Virus record (IMG/VR): IMGVR_UViG_3300021399_000103
Span: 64,001-128,000 of that record
Direction: 5' to 3' (one strand)
DNA from: a virus
Taxonomy: Duplodnaviria > Caudoviricetes
Length of the DNA stretch: 64,000 bases
Shown here: piece by piece, positions 35,968 through 46,563 of the stretch
How positions within the stretch are numbered: the first letter of the stretch is position 1
How the letters are laid out: each line of letters begins with the position of its first letter
Made by a program: the position numbers and the translations under genes
Notes under the pieces: model-generated
Database searches by the model: none
Told to the model about the DNA's origin: nothing
The model's input: only the letters and a program-made list of their open reading frames with translations

Positions 35968-36464
35968 TTTATAACACCTCCTTGATAGTCAAATAAGTAA
36001 TAAACATATGAATTATCGCCTTCTGTGAGCCAGAATTCAATGCCACCTTCAACTTCATCTATATCTTTTAGAATACCACGATTATCAAGACATTCAATAA
36101 CCTCATCTTCAATTTTACCATAATTGAAATCAGTTCCAGTATCATAACCAGTAATAAACACTGTATAATAATTTCGATCATTACTTAAAAGCATAAAATA
36201 CTTAGACTGTTGCTTTGAGATAAAATTCGCAATTTTTTGTTTGGCGATTTCGATAGCGCCGATCTCCATAGCGGGCAGCGCGGTCATTGCGCCTTGGTTT
36301 AATTCATATAAATTAGCTTTAATACCACCTTCTGGTTTATAAACAATCCAGTTAGCGCCATCCCATTTATAAAGCACTCTTGTTTCTTCAACAATAGCTA
36401 ATTCACCCTCTTTATTATTATTTTTTAATCTTCTTAATGTTTTTAAATCCCTGACTTTGAGCAT
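35958..36464 (-). CDS. Hypothetical protein (168 aa)
   Basis: Operonic intact ORF. Confidence 0.65.
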   Translation of the reverse strand: MLKVRDLKTLRRLKNNNKEGELAIVEETRVLYKWDGANWIVYKPEGGIKANLYELNQGAMTALPAMEIGAIEIAKQKIANFISKQQSKYFMLLSNDRNYYTVFITGYDTGTDFNYGKIEDEVIECLDNRGILKDIDEVEGGIEFWLTEGDNSYVYYLFDYQGGVIKCQ

Positions 36465-36700
36465 TGTCCGTATAACCTCAATATTCCGTTTTGCATATCT
36501 GTTCTGCTGGCACGTACCGCGAATTGAACTATGTCTTTATTATCTGATACATCGAAAAATAAATTATATTTTTCATATGGAAATGATGTAGCGATAATAA
36601 ATCCTATCATATTATATAATTTTATTATATCTCTTTCTATTATATCTTCTGGTTTTGTTATATCTTTCTGTACTTGTGAGCGTTTTTCCAACTGTTCCAT
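36443..36700 (-). CDS. Hypothetical protein (85 aa)
   Basis: AGGAG RBS; operonic. Confidence 0.5.
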   Translation of the reverse strand: MEQLEKRSQVQKDITKPEDIIERDIIKLYNMIGFIIATSFPYEKYNLFFDVSDNKDIVQFAVRASRTDMQNGILRLYGQCSKSGI

Positions 36701-36870
36701 TTTTTTAAGTATTCTCCTATTTTTCCAACTGGGAAATCTAAAGTTATTTTTGTCCCAATTACAGCATTATCTTTATTTAATATATCAGTTACAGCTATAT
36801 GTACATTATTATCTAAATCTAATGCTTTTTTAATGCCTGCTACTATTAAATCTAATCTTACATTTTTCAT
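36658..36870 (-). CDS. Hypothetical protein (70 aa)
   Basis: Immediately downstream of a TTGCAT..TATAAT promoter-like sequence. Confidence 0.45.
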   Translation of the reverse strand: MKNVRLDLIVAGIKKALDLDNNVHIAVTDILNKDNAVIGTKITLDFPVGKIGEYLKKWNSWKNAHKYRKI

Positions 36871-36911
36871 ATTATTATTATATCATAAAAAATAAAAAAA
36901 TGCAAGAAATA

Positions 36912-37064
36912 TTATTTTAATATTCCTTGCATAAAGTTTACAAACCAATATGACATAACTACCATCCAATAGAAACCTAATTTTCTATTGTTTAAATTAA
37001 TCATTTGGTCATAGCTTAAATAAGCTGAAAATAAGACAAGTATTATTTTAATAAAATGTATCAT
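36912..37064 (-). CDS. Small membrane protein (50 aa)
   Basis: Two hydrophobic segments. Confidence 0.45.
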   Translation of the reverse strand: MIHFIKIILVLFSAYLSYDQMINLNNRKLGFYWMVVMSYWFVNFMQGILK

Positions 37065-37066
37065 AA

Positions 37067-37312
37067 TTATAATATTGTTAATGGTGTAGTGCAATTAGGA
37101 TATTTATTATAAAATTTATAAATATAATCACTACATAAACTCCATTCTCCTTCAAAGAAAACTTCTGTAGGATTATCTCTAATAATTAAAGAATATAATG
37201 TACCAATAAAATCTTGCGGTTTTGTTCAACATTCTTGTAGAGTATAATCATTTTTTATTAAAAATTTTTCTTTCTCTTCACTTAAAAAACAAGTAAAGTG
37301 ATTAGCATCCAT
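37067..37312 (-). CDS. Hypothetical protein (81 aa; one TGA=Trp)
   Basis: GAGGT RBS, ATG 37312, one internal TGA, TAA 37067-37069; fills the gap after nrdG. Confidence 0.55.
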
Positions 37313-37328
37313 AAAATTTTACCTCTCT

Positions 37329-37817
37329 TTAAAAATCTTTTCCTTTATATAATATGCGTTGATTGCGGCTTCCGCGTAATGGGAGCGTTATATCTCGTTG
37401 TTCTGCAATATACGGGCCATCAATAAGAATATCAATACGTTCTAAAATTGGTTTAATACCAATTTCATATATTGGAAGTTCTTTTAACTGCTCTAATGTG
37501 TAACCAGTCCAGATATAAATTAAAATATCTGGATTATATATGCGCACATGATCGACGACCGCAAATGTTAATGAGACGTTTTCTGGACAAAGTGGCTCTC
37601 CACCAAGAACAGAAAAATTACGTTTTATACCGTTAGCATGAATAGCTTCATCAATTTGTTTTAATATATCTCTTGGAAGCTCCTCGCCTTCGTTGAAATC
37701 CCAAGTTTGTGGATTATGACAACCTGGACATTTATGTGGGCAACCTTGAACCCAAAAGCTAACGCATACTCCAGATCCATCTGCAAAGTCATTTTTATTT
37801 AAACCAGCATAACGCAT
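37329..37817 (-). CDS. nrdG: Anaerobic ribonucleotide reductase activating enzyme
   Basis: Radical SAM CPHKCPGC, GGEP, RGSRNQR; adjacent to nrdD. Confidence 0.92.
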   Translation of the reverse strand: MRYAGLNKNDFADGSGVCVSFWVQGCPHKCPGCHNPQTWDFNEGEELPRDILKQIDEAIHANGIKRNFSVLGGEPLCPENVSLTFAVVDHVRIYNPDILIYIWTGYTLEQLKELPIYEIGIKPILERIDILIDGPYIAEQRDITLPLRGSRNQRILYKGKDF

Positions 37818-37819
37818 TA

Positions 37820-40078
37820 TTATTTTCTCCAATTAGATAATGAATTAGAATGCTTATAACGCATTTCAACTTCTTGCTGTTTTCCAAGGTTAAAAGCTGT
37901 TGTATAATTACCTGTTAAATAACCAGTGACTCTGCGCAAACGCTGGATATGTTTACTGCCACAGACTGGGCAAGTATCATTCATATCATCAGTATATCCG
38001 CAATCTAAACAAGTATCATTAGGAACATTGATCGCAAAATATGGGATATCTTTATCCATAGCATAATTAACAATTTGTTCTAATGCATCAAGGTTATTTT
38101 TTACACTTGAATCTAATTCAACATATGTAATACAACCCGCATTTGAATATCCAGTTAACTGAGACTCAATATCAATTTTCTCAAACGGATCCATATGCTT
38201 CCAAACTGGAACGTGGATACTATTTGTAAAAAATTCATTTTCAGATACATTTGGAATAACGCCATATTTTTTCTTAAATGCTTTCATTGCAGTATGACAT
38301 AGATTTTCGGCTGGTGTGTAATAAACTCCAAAGTTTAAATGTTCTTCTTGCTTAAACTGCGCGCAACGTTCTTTATATAATCGTTCGATACGTTTTGCTA
38401 ACTCCATACCTTTTGGAGTAGTTTGATCACAGCCAATAAGAATTTGGAGAGTTTCTGCCATACCAAGTTGACCAATTACAAGAGTTCCATGCTTTAGCGC
38501 ACTTCTAATACCTTCTTCTGGTTTATATCCAAGCATTGTTCCATTTTCATACATGAACTGCGCAGATGCTGGAGATTGAGAACACATCCATTCATAGCGT
38601 TCTTTTAACATATCTCTTGCTTCATGAAGTTTTTGATCTAAACATCTTAAGAAATAATTGATTAAATCTTCTTCTCTTTCCCATCCATTTGGATTATTTG
38701 TGCGTAATTTAGCTTCCATAGCAATAAATGGTAGTAAAATTGTAACAGGTGCTAAATTACCACGACCATCTTTAGTTTGCGGATTTGTCCCTGGTTCTGC
38801 GTTAATGTCCGCTCCATTGTACGTTCTACACCCCATTGTGCTGACATATGTGTTTGGATCATTACGGTCATATCCCGCATTTGTAGACCAGTCTACATTA
38901 ACATAGTTAGGATATAATCTTTGCGCAGTTGATTTTAGTGCTAACTTAAATAAATCATAGTTAGGGTCACCAGGAGCACGGTTAACGCCTTTCATACACT
39001 GAAAGATTCCACAAGGGAAGATAGATGTTTTATGTAGTCTACCAAGACCTTCAATAGAAACATTTAGAATTTCTTCTGTAATCATTCTTCCTTCTGGAAG
39101 CGTACATGTACCATAGTTGATGCTGGTAAATGGTAACTGATTCCCAGAACGTGATTGAAGTGTATTTAGATTATGATACATACCTTCAACTGCTTGATGG
39201 ATTTCCTTTTTAGTCATATCCATAGCGTATTGATATGCTTTTGGTCGACTTTTATATTCTCCATCTTCAATGCTCGCATCTTTTGGAATATGATTAAAAT
39301 AATCTTCATTATTATAATTTTCAATATATTTTAATCCATCAATATAATGTTTTCTAAAACTTTTTCTAACATAAGGCACCATAGTCCAGTCAATATGACT
39401 TGCACTAACGCCGCCAAACTGCTGTAAAGATTGAAGCTGGAAAATTACAGCAACAAGCTGGAACGCTGTGTTTACTGAATTGGCCGGGCGCACATCAGTT
39501 TGACGAGTATTAAAGCCTTCTGCTAATAGTTTATCAAAAGGGATAGTTAGGCAATTATGCATTCCAACAGCATAAGCATCTAAGTCATGAATATAAATGT
39601 AGTGATTGAGATGATTGTTGCGAGACATCTCTGACATACAATAATCGAGAGCAAATTTTTTAGTTAATGCTCTACTGGCTTCACCCATGCGGCCGCCGAA
39701 GGAATGTTCATCTACATTGGCGTTTTGATTCTGAACATCACTGGCATCAATTTTACGAGCAACTTCTTTCATAAACTGCGTATTATGTTCTCTTACTCTT
39801 GTGCGCTCATAACGATATTGAATGTAGGCTCTAGCGACATCTTTTCTACGGCAACTCATTAATCCTTGTTCTACTAAATCTTGAATTTCTTCAACTGTAA
39901 GTTCATGATCACTTTTGTTTGCCTGTGAAAAAACATAAGTGGCGATATTATCTGCTTTAGTTTTTGCGTATTCATCAATTTTACCATCAACATCTTCAAA
40001 AGCAGCTAAAACCGCATTTTCAATTTTTGTTCTGTCAAATTCTACAACAGAACCATCTCGTTTAATAATTAATAACAT
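37820..40078 (-). CDS. nrdD: Class III anaerobic ribonucleotide reductase with ATP cone
   Basis: N-terminal IKRDG ATP cone, MGCRT, TPAENLC, CxxC..CxxC, RRVTGYL glycyl-radical motif. Confidence 0.95.
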   Translation of the reverse strand: MLLIIKRDGSVVEFDRTKIENAVLAAFEDVDGKIDEYAKTKADNIATYVFSQANKSDHELTVEEIQDLVEQGLMSCRRKDVARAYIQYRYERTRVREHNTQFMKEVARKIDASDVQNQNANVDEHSFGGRMGEASRALTKKFALDYCMSEMSRNNHLNHYIYIHDLDAYAVGMHNCLTIPFDKLLAEGFNTRQTDVRPANSVNTAFQLVAVIFQLQSLQQFGGVSASHIDWTMVPYVRKSFRKHYIDGLKYIENYNNEDYFNHIPKDASIEDGEYKSRPKAYQYAMDMTKKEIHQAVEGMYHNLNTLQSRSGNQLPFTSINYGTCTLPEGRMITEEILNVSIEGLGRLHKTSIFPCGIFQCMKGVNRAPGDPNYDLFKLALKSTAQRLYPNYVNVDWSTNAGYDRNDPNTYVSTMGCRTYNGADINAEPGTNPQTKDGRGNLAPVTILLPFIAMEAKLRTNNPNGWEREEDLINYFLRCLDQKLHEARDMLKERYEWMCSQSPASAQFMYENGTMLGYKPEEGIRSALKHGTLVIGQLGMAETLQILIGCDQTTPKGMELAKRIERLYKERCAQFKQEEHLNFGVYYTPAENLCHTAMKAFKKKYGVIPNVSENEFFTNSIHVPVWKHMDPFEKIDIESQLTGYSNAGCITYVELDSSVKNNLDALEQIVNYAMDKDIPYFAINVPNDTCLDCGYTDDMNDTCPVCGSKHIQRLRRVTGYLTGNYTTAFNLGKQQEVEMRYKHSNSLSNWRK

Positions 40079-40135
40079 TCTTGTTTCCTCCTAAGTATTT
40101 ATATATGTTAAGGAGTCGCAATGACTCAATTATAT

Positions 40136-40744
40136 TTAAGTTTCATTATAGTTCATTTGTTTTAATATGTCCAAAATTGCCTCACAAGGATTATTATTAT
40201 CATTATTTACAACCATATAAATTTTTTCTTTTTCTTTTTCCAAAGGAAACCATTCTGATTTTATCATTTTCTCAAAATCTTCTTTATCGGTATTATATCT
40301 TCTAATAATCTCATCTACATTTGGATTTTCTTCTCTATTAAGTTGTCTTAATAATCGAATTTTTGGATCGGCATAAATCCAAAAGACTGTTAGATCTATT
40401 TGCTGGATTTGTAATAATTTCTCAATTCCTGCTGGATTGAACACACCAATATTAATTTTATTTGGATCTAAATCTTGAACTCTTGTTCCATAAAACCATC
40501 CATTAAATACACAATATTCAATAAAATCGCCATTTTTTATTTGGTTAAAAAAATCTTCCTCAGTAAGAAAATTATAATTTACACCATCTAATTCATTTTC
40601 TCTTTTAGCCCTAGTTGTACAGGAAACAACCTCTTTCCAATTTCTTGCGGTTCTAGGATGGCGTTGAAAGAGCTGGTGTAGAACCCAGTCCTTACCAGCT
40701 CCTGCCTCTCCTATTAACGCAATTATCTTAATCTTCTTCATCAT
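40136..40744 (-). CDS. gmk: Guanylate kinase-like protein
   Basis: GEAGAGKD P-loop, TTR.KRENE.DG..Y.F, FYGT. Confidence 0.8.
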   Translation of the reverse strand: MMKKIKIIALIGEAGAGKDWVLHQLFQRHPRTARNWKEVVSCTTRAKRENELDGVNYNFLTEEDFFNQIKNGDFIEYCVFNGWFYGTRVQDLDPNKINIGVFNPAGIEKLLQIQQIDLTVFWIYADPKIRLLRQLNREENPNVDEIIRRYNTDKEDFEKMIKSEWFPLEKEKEKIYMVVNNDNNNPCEAILDILKQMNYNET

Positions 40745-43700
40745 ATTCTCCCTGCGCTCTTGTTGATTGAAGTTTTATTTCTGTTCCATCTTTACTAATT
40801 TCTGAAATTTTATATAACTGATGAGCCATTCCTGTATTGGTATATTTTTTAGGTAAGAATGTATCTTCCATTCTAATACCTTGAACAACTATCATATTTC
40901 CTCTATTAAACCAACTTTTTTCAATTACATGCTTAACTCCATCTGCGCCAAGTGCTGAAATCTGCTTATCAAATAACGCAAAATATTCTTTTCTAAATTT
41001 TACATCAACAACGCCATTAGTCGTTAATAAAGTAACAGTTGATCTAACTTTATCTTTTGCTATACAAGTTCCGCAAATTGTGTACAACTGAAATTTTTTC
41101 ATTATATGACCATTTTTTGTTTTAATAGAACTTGTTACTATTGGATAAGTTGGCAAATCATTAAAATTAGAATATCCATATTTTCGCATATCTAATTTTG
41201 CTAATTCATGTTCATGATAATAGAAACATAACACTTCCATTTCCCAAGAAGATAAATTGCCACTCGCATATTTATTCCAATCTTCTATAAAAATTTTATC
41301 ATTTAAGTTTTGTAAAATTTTATCTTTATTTTCAGAAATCCATTTTCTAAATATATCCATCCATTTCTGATAGACTTTATCCCAATCTTTAACTAAAATT
41401 TTATTTCCATCTACAATAAGATTTTCATAATTCATTTCAATTAAGAAATTCATTGCTCTATTGGTTACTTCATAATATGTTTTTGTTGAATTAATACATT
41501 CCTTTTTTAGATATCTATTAAATTCAAAAATTCTACGTGCGGTAACTTGTTCTTCGGTCTCTTCTGGCAATAATCCATGTTTAATTAATCCTGGCATATT
41601 TTGAAGAGTTAATCTTTTTTTCTTATCACAAGTTTCCCAAATATACCAAGCCATAACGAATTTTCTATCTTCCATTTGATCAAATGCTCCACCTTTAATC
41701 AAACTAATCATTGCTTGTTTATTTGGCTTAACTCTTAATAAGAAATCTTTCGGTGATGAATATGGACGATTTTTAATTGTATTTTCAATAACATCATCAC
41801 CAACATTCAACATACTCTTTAATCCAAACAAAATTTGATTATTTTCAATATCTGGTTCAAATCCAAGAGCGGATTTATTTATATCAACAAGACTAACTTT
41901 AATGCCTTCGTTCATAATATCGCCAAGAGCCTTTGCCATTTTTCTATAATCTGTTGAACCACCGCCAATAGAACCGCTATTAACTGTTAAACACGCTGTA
42001 TTCCAATATATCGGATTAAATCTTGTGCCAATATATGCGGTTTGATATCCAATAAATGAATATGCTAATGCATGAATAATACTAAAACTATATCCCATCT
42101 GCGGGCCGACGCCATATTGCCATACATATCGACCAAGCGCAGGAGATTTTGCTCTTTTTAATACCTCTTCTCTTAATGCGGGGATTTTACTCATTTGTTT
42201 CTTACCAACAATTTTTCTCGCACTATTTGCTTCCGCAAGACCAAAACCGCAAATGTTTTCATCCATTAACATTCTCATTAACTGCTCCTGGCTTGGTGGT
42301 ACTCCATAAGATGATAAGAAATATGGCTCTAATGTTTTTTGCTCTTCTGGAGTTAATCCAGCTTTGCGCATTTCCGCATACCATAAACTAATATCTTTTT
42401 TATAACGAACATATTTATCCATTGGCGTTTCCGCGCCACGTTCTGCTGTCATAAGACGCATCAATCCATTCGCATCGGCCAACTCAAGAATTGTCTTTGG
42501 CTGAATCTTTTTTGCGGCTTGCGCTCCAACCATTGAATCAAACTGAAAGATATTGATAACAGTTCCATTTTCAATCGCATCCCAAGCTGGTTTGTAATCT
42601 AATGGCAATACTTCTGGATGGAAATACTTATTATATATTTCTCTTAAACTTAAATCTGATTCAAGTTCACCATTTTCTTGTAACAAATTAATTGCTTCAA
42701 CTAATTTATCTTGAACATCGGTCACCAAGAAATCAAATTTTGTCATACCCATACTTTCGCACATATGAAGATCAAATTGAGTTATAATATCGCCGCCTGG
42801 TGTTTTCATAAAAGCACCGAACTCATATGGATCTTCATCAAAGAAAATTACACCAGAAGCATGAGAACCTCTTTGTTTAATTAATCCTTGGATACCTAAC
42901 ATAATATCAATTAAACCTGGATAATTATTTACTTCATTAACAAATTGAATAACTGGCTGACGTTCCTTCTCAGGATTTCCATACATAACATCCTCTAACG
43001 GCCACACAAAACCACGTTCAGAAGGCACTAATGAAGATAGATATTGTGCTTGATCTACATCAATACCAATTGGATATTCTTCTGAACGATAACCTCTACA
43101 AGCCGTTAAAATCGCACTTTTTGTTGATTCAGTTCCATATGTCGCAATTAACGTACATCCAAGATTTTTTCGAGCTAAATCATCAACATCTTTATTAAAA
43201 TGCTGACCTCTTTCTTCTTTAATTTTTTCAATAATCATTGGACGTTTTGATGGACATAAATCCAAATCAATATCACCTAATTCAATACGTTCTTTATTCA
43301 AATATCTGAAAAATGGAAGATTCCATTTAATTGGATCAAGTTGAGTTACTCCTAATAAGTAATGATTTAACCCTGAGCAAGATGAGCCACGGCCCGCACC
43401 TACCATACTTCCGCAATCCCAAAACATATTAATATAATGCTGAAGAGTTACTGGATAACAAAACATATTAGTTTCAAGTTTTTCACCAATAGTTTTTTTG
43501 ATATCTGCTTCTTCTTCAAGGCGCGCAAGATATACATCATTATATTTATTTAAAGATTGAAGTTTATCCAAACACTCTCTTACCCAGTATCTCTCATATT
43601 TATCGTCAGAAGCGCACATCTGTGATAAGACGGGGTATTTTGTTGAAAATGGTTCTTTACACTCATACTTTTCAAATAAAGGAACTTCTACTCTTGGAAT

Positions 43701-44612
43701 TTGCTGTTTATGTTGAATTGAATAATTTTCAATTTTATTATAAATTTCCATTGAGTTTTCGCATAAAAATTCATAATTTAATTGTGTTGGTTCTAAATGT
43801 TTTCTAATATCTTCTTCTGATTGAAGATAAGCATATTCATAGAATGATGCGACTTCTCTTTCACCATCTTTTGAATTAAGATATGCTTCATGAACATATC
43901 TATCTTCTTTTTTAAGATAATGAGCATCTGTTCCAATAACGATTTTCTTTCCATATGCTCTTGCTATTGAAATCATTCTATTATTTACCGCAATTTGTTC
44001 TGGCGACATGCCTGGCGCAATTTCACAATAAAAATCATCACCAAATAATCTGTGTGTAAAAGTCATAAAAGCATGGATTTTACCTTTTATTTCATTGATG
44101 TTTGTGGCATTTGCTTGTTCTGCTTTAATAAGCTCTAAAATCGTTGAAGATAATTCTCCCCCGATACAAGCACTTGTCGCAATTAAATGACCCTTACCAT
44201 ACTTATTAATTATATTTTCCAATTCAGAATAAAGAGTTGGAACTCTTTCCAATCCTCTATCCATATAACTTTGCATCCAAGAGGTAGATGACAATTCTCT
44301 TAACATGCGCCAACCAGTTTTATCTTTACTAATTAAAATAAAATGATAATACTTTTGATTTTTATCTCTTGTTCCTGTAAGATAAATCTCATTACCAATA
44401 GCAATCTTAAAATTTGGATTCGATTTTTGAATTTCTTGTGCATAAAGATTAATCTCTGGCGCTCCTGCTAATGTTTCATGATCCGTTAACGCGATGCCAG
44501 AAAGACCGAGCTCAATTGCTCGGTTAATCAAATCCTTTGGTTTATTAATACTATCAATAATTCTAAAATTACTATAATGACTATGACTATGAACTTCAAA
44601 ACGAGGAACCAT
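40728..44612 (-). CDS. dnaE: DNA polymerase III alpha subunit (family C)
   Basis: PHP motifs H.HSHYS, LTDH, TDAHY; GRGS; DIDLD; HASGV; KFDFL. Confidence 0.93.
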   Translation of the reverse strand: MVPRFEVHSHSHYSNFRIIDSINKPKDLINRAIELGLSGIALTDHETLAGAPEINLYAQEIQKSNPNFKIAIGNEIYLTGTRDKNQKYYHFILISKDKTGWRMLRELSSTSWMQSYMDRGLERVPTLYSELENIINKYGKGHLIATSACIGGELSSTILELIKAEQANATNINEIKGKIHAFMTFTHRLFGDDFYCEIAPGMSPEQIAVNNRMISIARAYGKKIVIGTDAHYLKKEDRYVHEAYLNSKDGEREVASFYEYAYLQSEEDIRKHLEPTQLNYEFLCENSMEIYNKIENYSIQHKQQIPRVEVPLFEKYECKEPFSTKYPVLSQMCASDDKYERYWVRECLDKLQSLNKYNDVYLARLEEEADIKKTIGEKLETNMFCYPVTLQHYINMFWDCGSMVGAGRGSSCSGLNHYLLGVTQLDPIKWNLPFFRYLNKERIELGDIDLDLCPSKRPMIIEKIKEERGQHFNKDVDDLARKNLGCTLIATYGTESTKSAILTACRGYRSEEYPIGIDVDQAQYLSSLVPSERGFVWPLEDVMYGNPEKERQPVIQFVNEVNNYPGLIDIMLGIQGLIKQRGSHASGVIFFDEDPYEFGAFMKTPGGDIITQFDLHMCESMGMTKFDFLVTDVQDKLVEAINLLQENGELESDLSLREIYNKYFHPEVLPLDYKPAWDAIENGTVINIFQFDSMVGAQAAKKIQPKTILELADANGLMRLMTAERGAETPMDKYVRYKKDISLWYAEMRKAGLTPEEQKTLEPYFLSSYGVPPSQEQLMRMLMDENICGFGLAEANSARKIVGKKQMSKIPALREEVLKRAKSPALGRYVWQYGVGPQMGYSFSIIHALAYSFIGYQTAYIGTRFNPIYWNTACLTVNSGSIGGGSTDYRKMAKALGDIMNEGIKVSLVDINKSALGFEPDIENNQILFGLKSMLNVGDDVIENTIKNRPYSSPKDFLLRVKPNKQAMISLIKGGAFDQMEDRKFVMAWYIWETCDKKKRLTLQNMPGLIKHGLLPEETEEQVTARRIFEFNRYLKKECINSTKTYYEVTNRAMNFLIEMNYENLIVDGNKILVKDWDKVYQKWMDIFRKWISENKDKILQNLNDKIFIEDWNKYASGNLSSWEMEVLCFYYHEHELAKLDMRKYGYSNFNDLPTYPIVTSSIKTKNGHIMKKFQLYTICGTCIAKDKVRSTVTLLTTNGVVDVKFRKEYFALFDKQISALGADGVKHVIEKSWFNRGNMIVVQGIRMEDTFLPKKYTNTGMAHQLYKISEISKDGTEIKLQSTRAQGEYDEED

Positions 44613-44634
44613 ATTTCACCTCTTTCTTTATATT

Positions 44635-44663
44635 ATTATATCATAATTTTATTATATAGTCAA
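44635..44663 (-). promoter_or_regulatory. Sigma-A-type promoter for dnaE
   Basis: TTGACT, 17 nt, TGn-TATAAT on the minus strand. Confidence 0.7.
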
Positions 44664-44668
44664 GAGTG

Positions 44669-45877
44669 CTATTTCCGCACAATTACCAGCTTTTCTTTTG
44701 CCCTTGTTACGGCAGTATATAACCAGCGTTTATGCTCATCTCCTCTTGGAAAATCTTCTTCAAAAACCAGCACTTTGTCATATTCAGAGCCTTGAGATTT
44801 ATGTGCGGTAATCGCATATCCATAATCAAATTCATGCGGTTTTAAGTTTCTTGGTATTTTTTTGAAATTTTCTCTATTTACTGTTGGTTGCCATTCAGTA
44901 AATATCTTATAATCCATATTTATTTGATCAAATACACCATCACCATACAATACTTCATCAGAATCTTCAGCGTAATGATCTGGGATAAAATCCGCATACA
45001 TTAACATTGGCATTTGTTTTCTAATTTGCCAAGGAACATTACGATTTTCTTCATAAGATATATTACTTAAATATCCAGTTAAACCATTTACTAATACATC
45101 TCCGGCAGGAGTTATTGAATCCCAGTCATTCCGCAAACAAATGACTTTATCTCCTTCTAATGGAGTTTTAGGATGCTCACCATATATATAATCTCTCATT
45201 AAGTCATTGTAATAATGTCTTGTCGCATTTTTAGCGACAATTACCTGGTCTGCCCATTTTAACATTCCACTTACCAAATCAGATTTATCAATAATTTGGA
45301 CTTCTTTTCCAGAGAATTTTTGTAATTTTTTTCCAGCTCTAATATCCATAGAGACCTGAATAATCTCTGACTCTTGCGCCTGACGCATTATTTCATCAAG
45401 AAATACATGCGGTTTCTGTAAAACTCCATTATCATCTGTTAATGGGGGAAGCTGTCCAGGATCACCGAGCGCAATTACATATATTTTATGACTTAGCAAT
45501 AATTCCCACATTTCTTTTGGTAACATGGATACTTCATCAACTACAATAAGTTTATACGGATATTCAAGTGGACGTCTTGGCATATGGAAGAAAGAACCAT
45601 CAGCACGAGGATATGATTGATATAACAATTTATGTGCGGTCATAGCATTTAGATTGCCTTTTTCTTTTAATACAAGGGCAGCTTTACCTGTATATGCTAT
45701 AAAACAGACATCGTATGGAGCGATGCCTAATGCTTGAATTATAAATTTCACAAGTGTACTTTTCCCTGATCCCGCATATCCAGAAATTACAGTATATTGC
45801 TTATGCGTTCTATATCTATTTATTGCTATTTCAAGTCCTTTTTCTTGCTTTTCTGTTAAAATTATATTATCATTCAT
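44669..45877 (-). CDS. RecD/Dda-like SF1B helicase
   Basis: GYAGSGKS, VVDEVSM, GDPGQLPP, YAITAHKSQGSE, YTAVTRA. Confidence 0.88.
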   Translation of the reverse strand: MNDNIILTEKQEKGLEIAINRYRTHKQYTVISGYAGSGKSTLVKFIIQALGIAPYDVCFIAYTGKAALVLKEKGNLNAMTAHKLLYQSYPRADGSFFHMPRRPLEYPYKLIVVDEVSMLPKEMWELLLSHKIYVIALGDPGQLPPLTDDNGVLQKPHVFLDEIMRQAQESEIIQVSMDIRAGKKLQKFSGKEVQIIDKSDLVSGMLKWADQVIVAKNATRHYYNDLMRDYIYGEHPKTPLEGDKVICLRNDWDSITPAGDVLVNGLTGYLSNISYEENRNVPWQIRKQMPMLMYADFIPDHYAEDSDEVLYGDGVFDQINMDYKIFTEWQPTVNRENFKKIPRNLKPHEFDYGYAITAHKSQGSEYDKVLVFEEDFPRGDEHKRWLYTAVTRAKEKLVIVRK

Positions 45878-46127
45878 TCTTTATCCTTTCGGCACGATGA
45901 AAATGCCATTCCCCATTTTCATCGTGCCTTATACCTTCAGTATCTAAATCATACCATTCAATTTTATTATTAACATAATCTTTAATACATTTAAGACATT
46001 TTTTTTCTTCCCAAATACAATTCCATCCACATCCACCAAAAGGATCGCCAGTGGCAAGCAATCCTTTCTCTAATATTTCTTTTATAAAAGGTATTGATTC
46101 TTTATAACAAGTTATTCTCATTTCCAT
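45867..46127 (-). CDS. Hypothetical Cys-containing protein
   Basis: Track ORF ends TGA immediately followed by TAA. Confidence 0.55.
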
Positions 46128-46169
46128 TTTTTTGCCTCTCTTTCTTATATGTATATTATATCATATTAT

Positions 46170-46472
46170 TTATTTATTTTCAATATTATCATCATTTGAT
46201 CCACACATACAAGTACTTGTTGTATAATATGGTTCTGTCCACCATGGATAATATGGATAGACTGGTTGTGGAATATAATGAGTACAAAGTTCTCCTGTTT
46301 TGTCGCATCTTCCGCAGGGGAGATAATATTTACAACCTGCTAAACTGGAATAATTAATGGTAGTATTACTACTTGTTCCTGTTGTTGTAGTGAAATTATT
46401 TGGATTATCACCAATTTTAGTAGACTGCGTGTCTGTTGTAAATTTTAAATTAGTATTAGTTGTTTTCGCCAT
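46170..46472 (-). CDS. Low-complexity Thr-rich protein with Cys cluster
   Basis: GGAGGT RBS before MAKTT; C..YLPCG.C....C motif. Confidence 0.55.
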   Translation of the reverse strand: MAKTTNTNLKFTTDTQSTKIGDNPNNFTTTTGTSSNTTINYSSLAGCKYYLPCGRCDKTGELCTHYIPQPVYPYYPWWTEPYYTTSTCMCGSNDDNIENK

Positions 46473-46563
46473 ATTTACCTCCAAAATTTCCTAAAGGATT
46501 TTTTAATCAGGTTGTCGGCGCGCACATCCACTGCCGGCCGGTCCTGCTCTTTCAACTTTCAAA

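Noticed and set aside
40728-44612. Inteins or introns in DnaE, NrdD, DnaB or GyrA
   Set aside because: Lengths are ordinary, frames are continuous, and I saw no intein splice or LAGLIDADG motifs.
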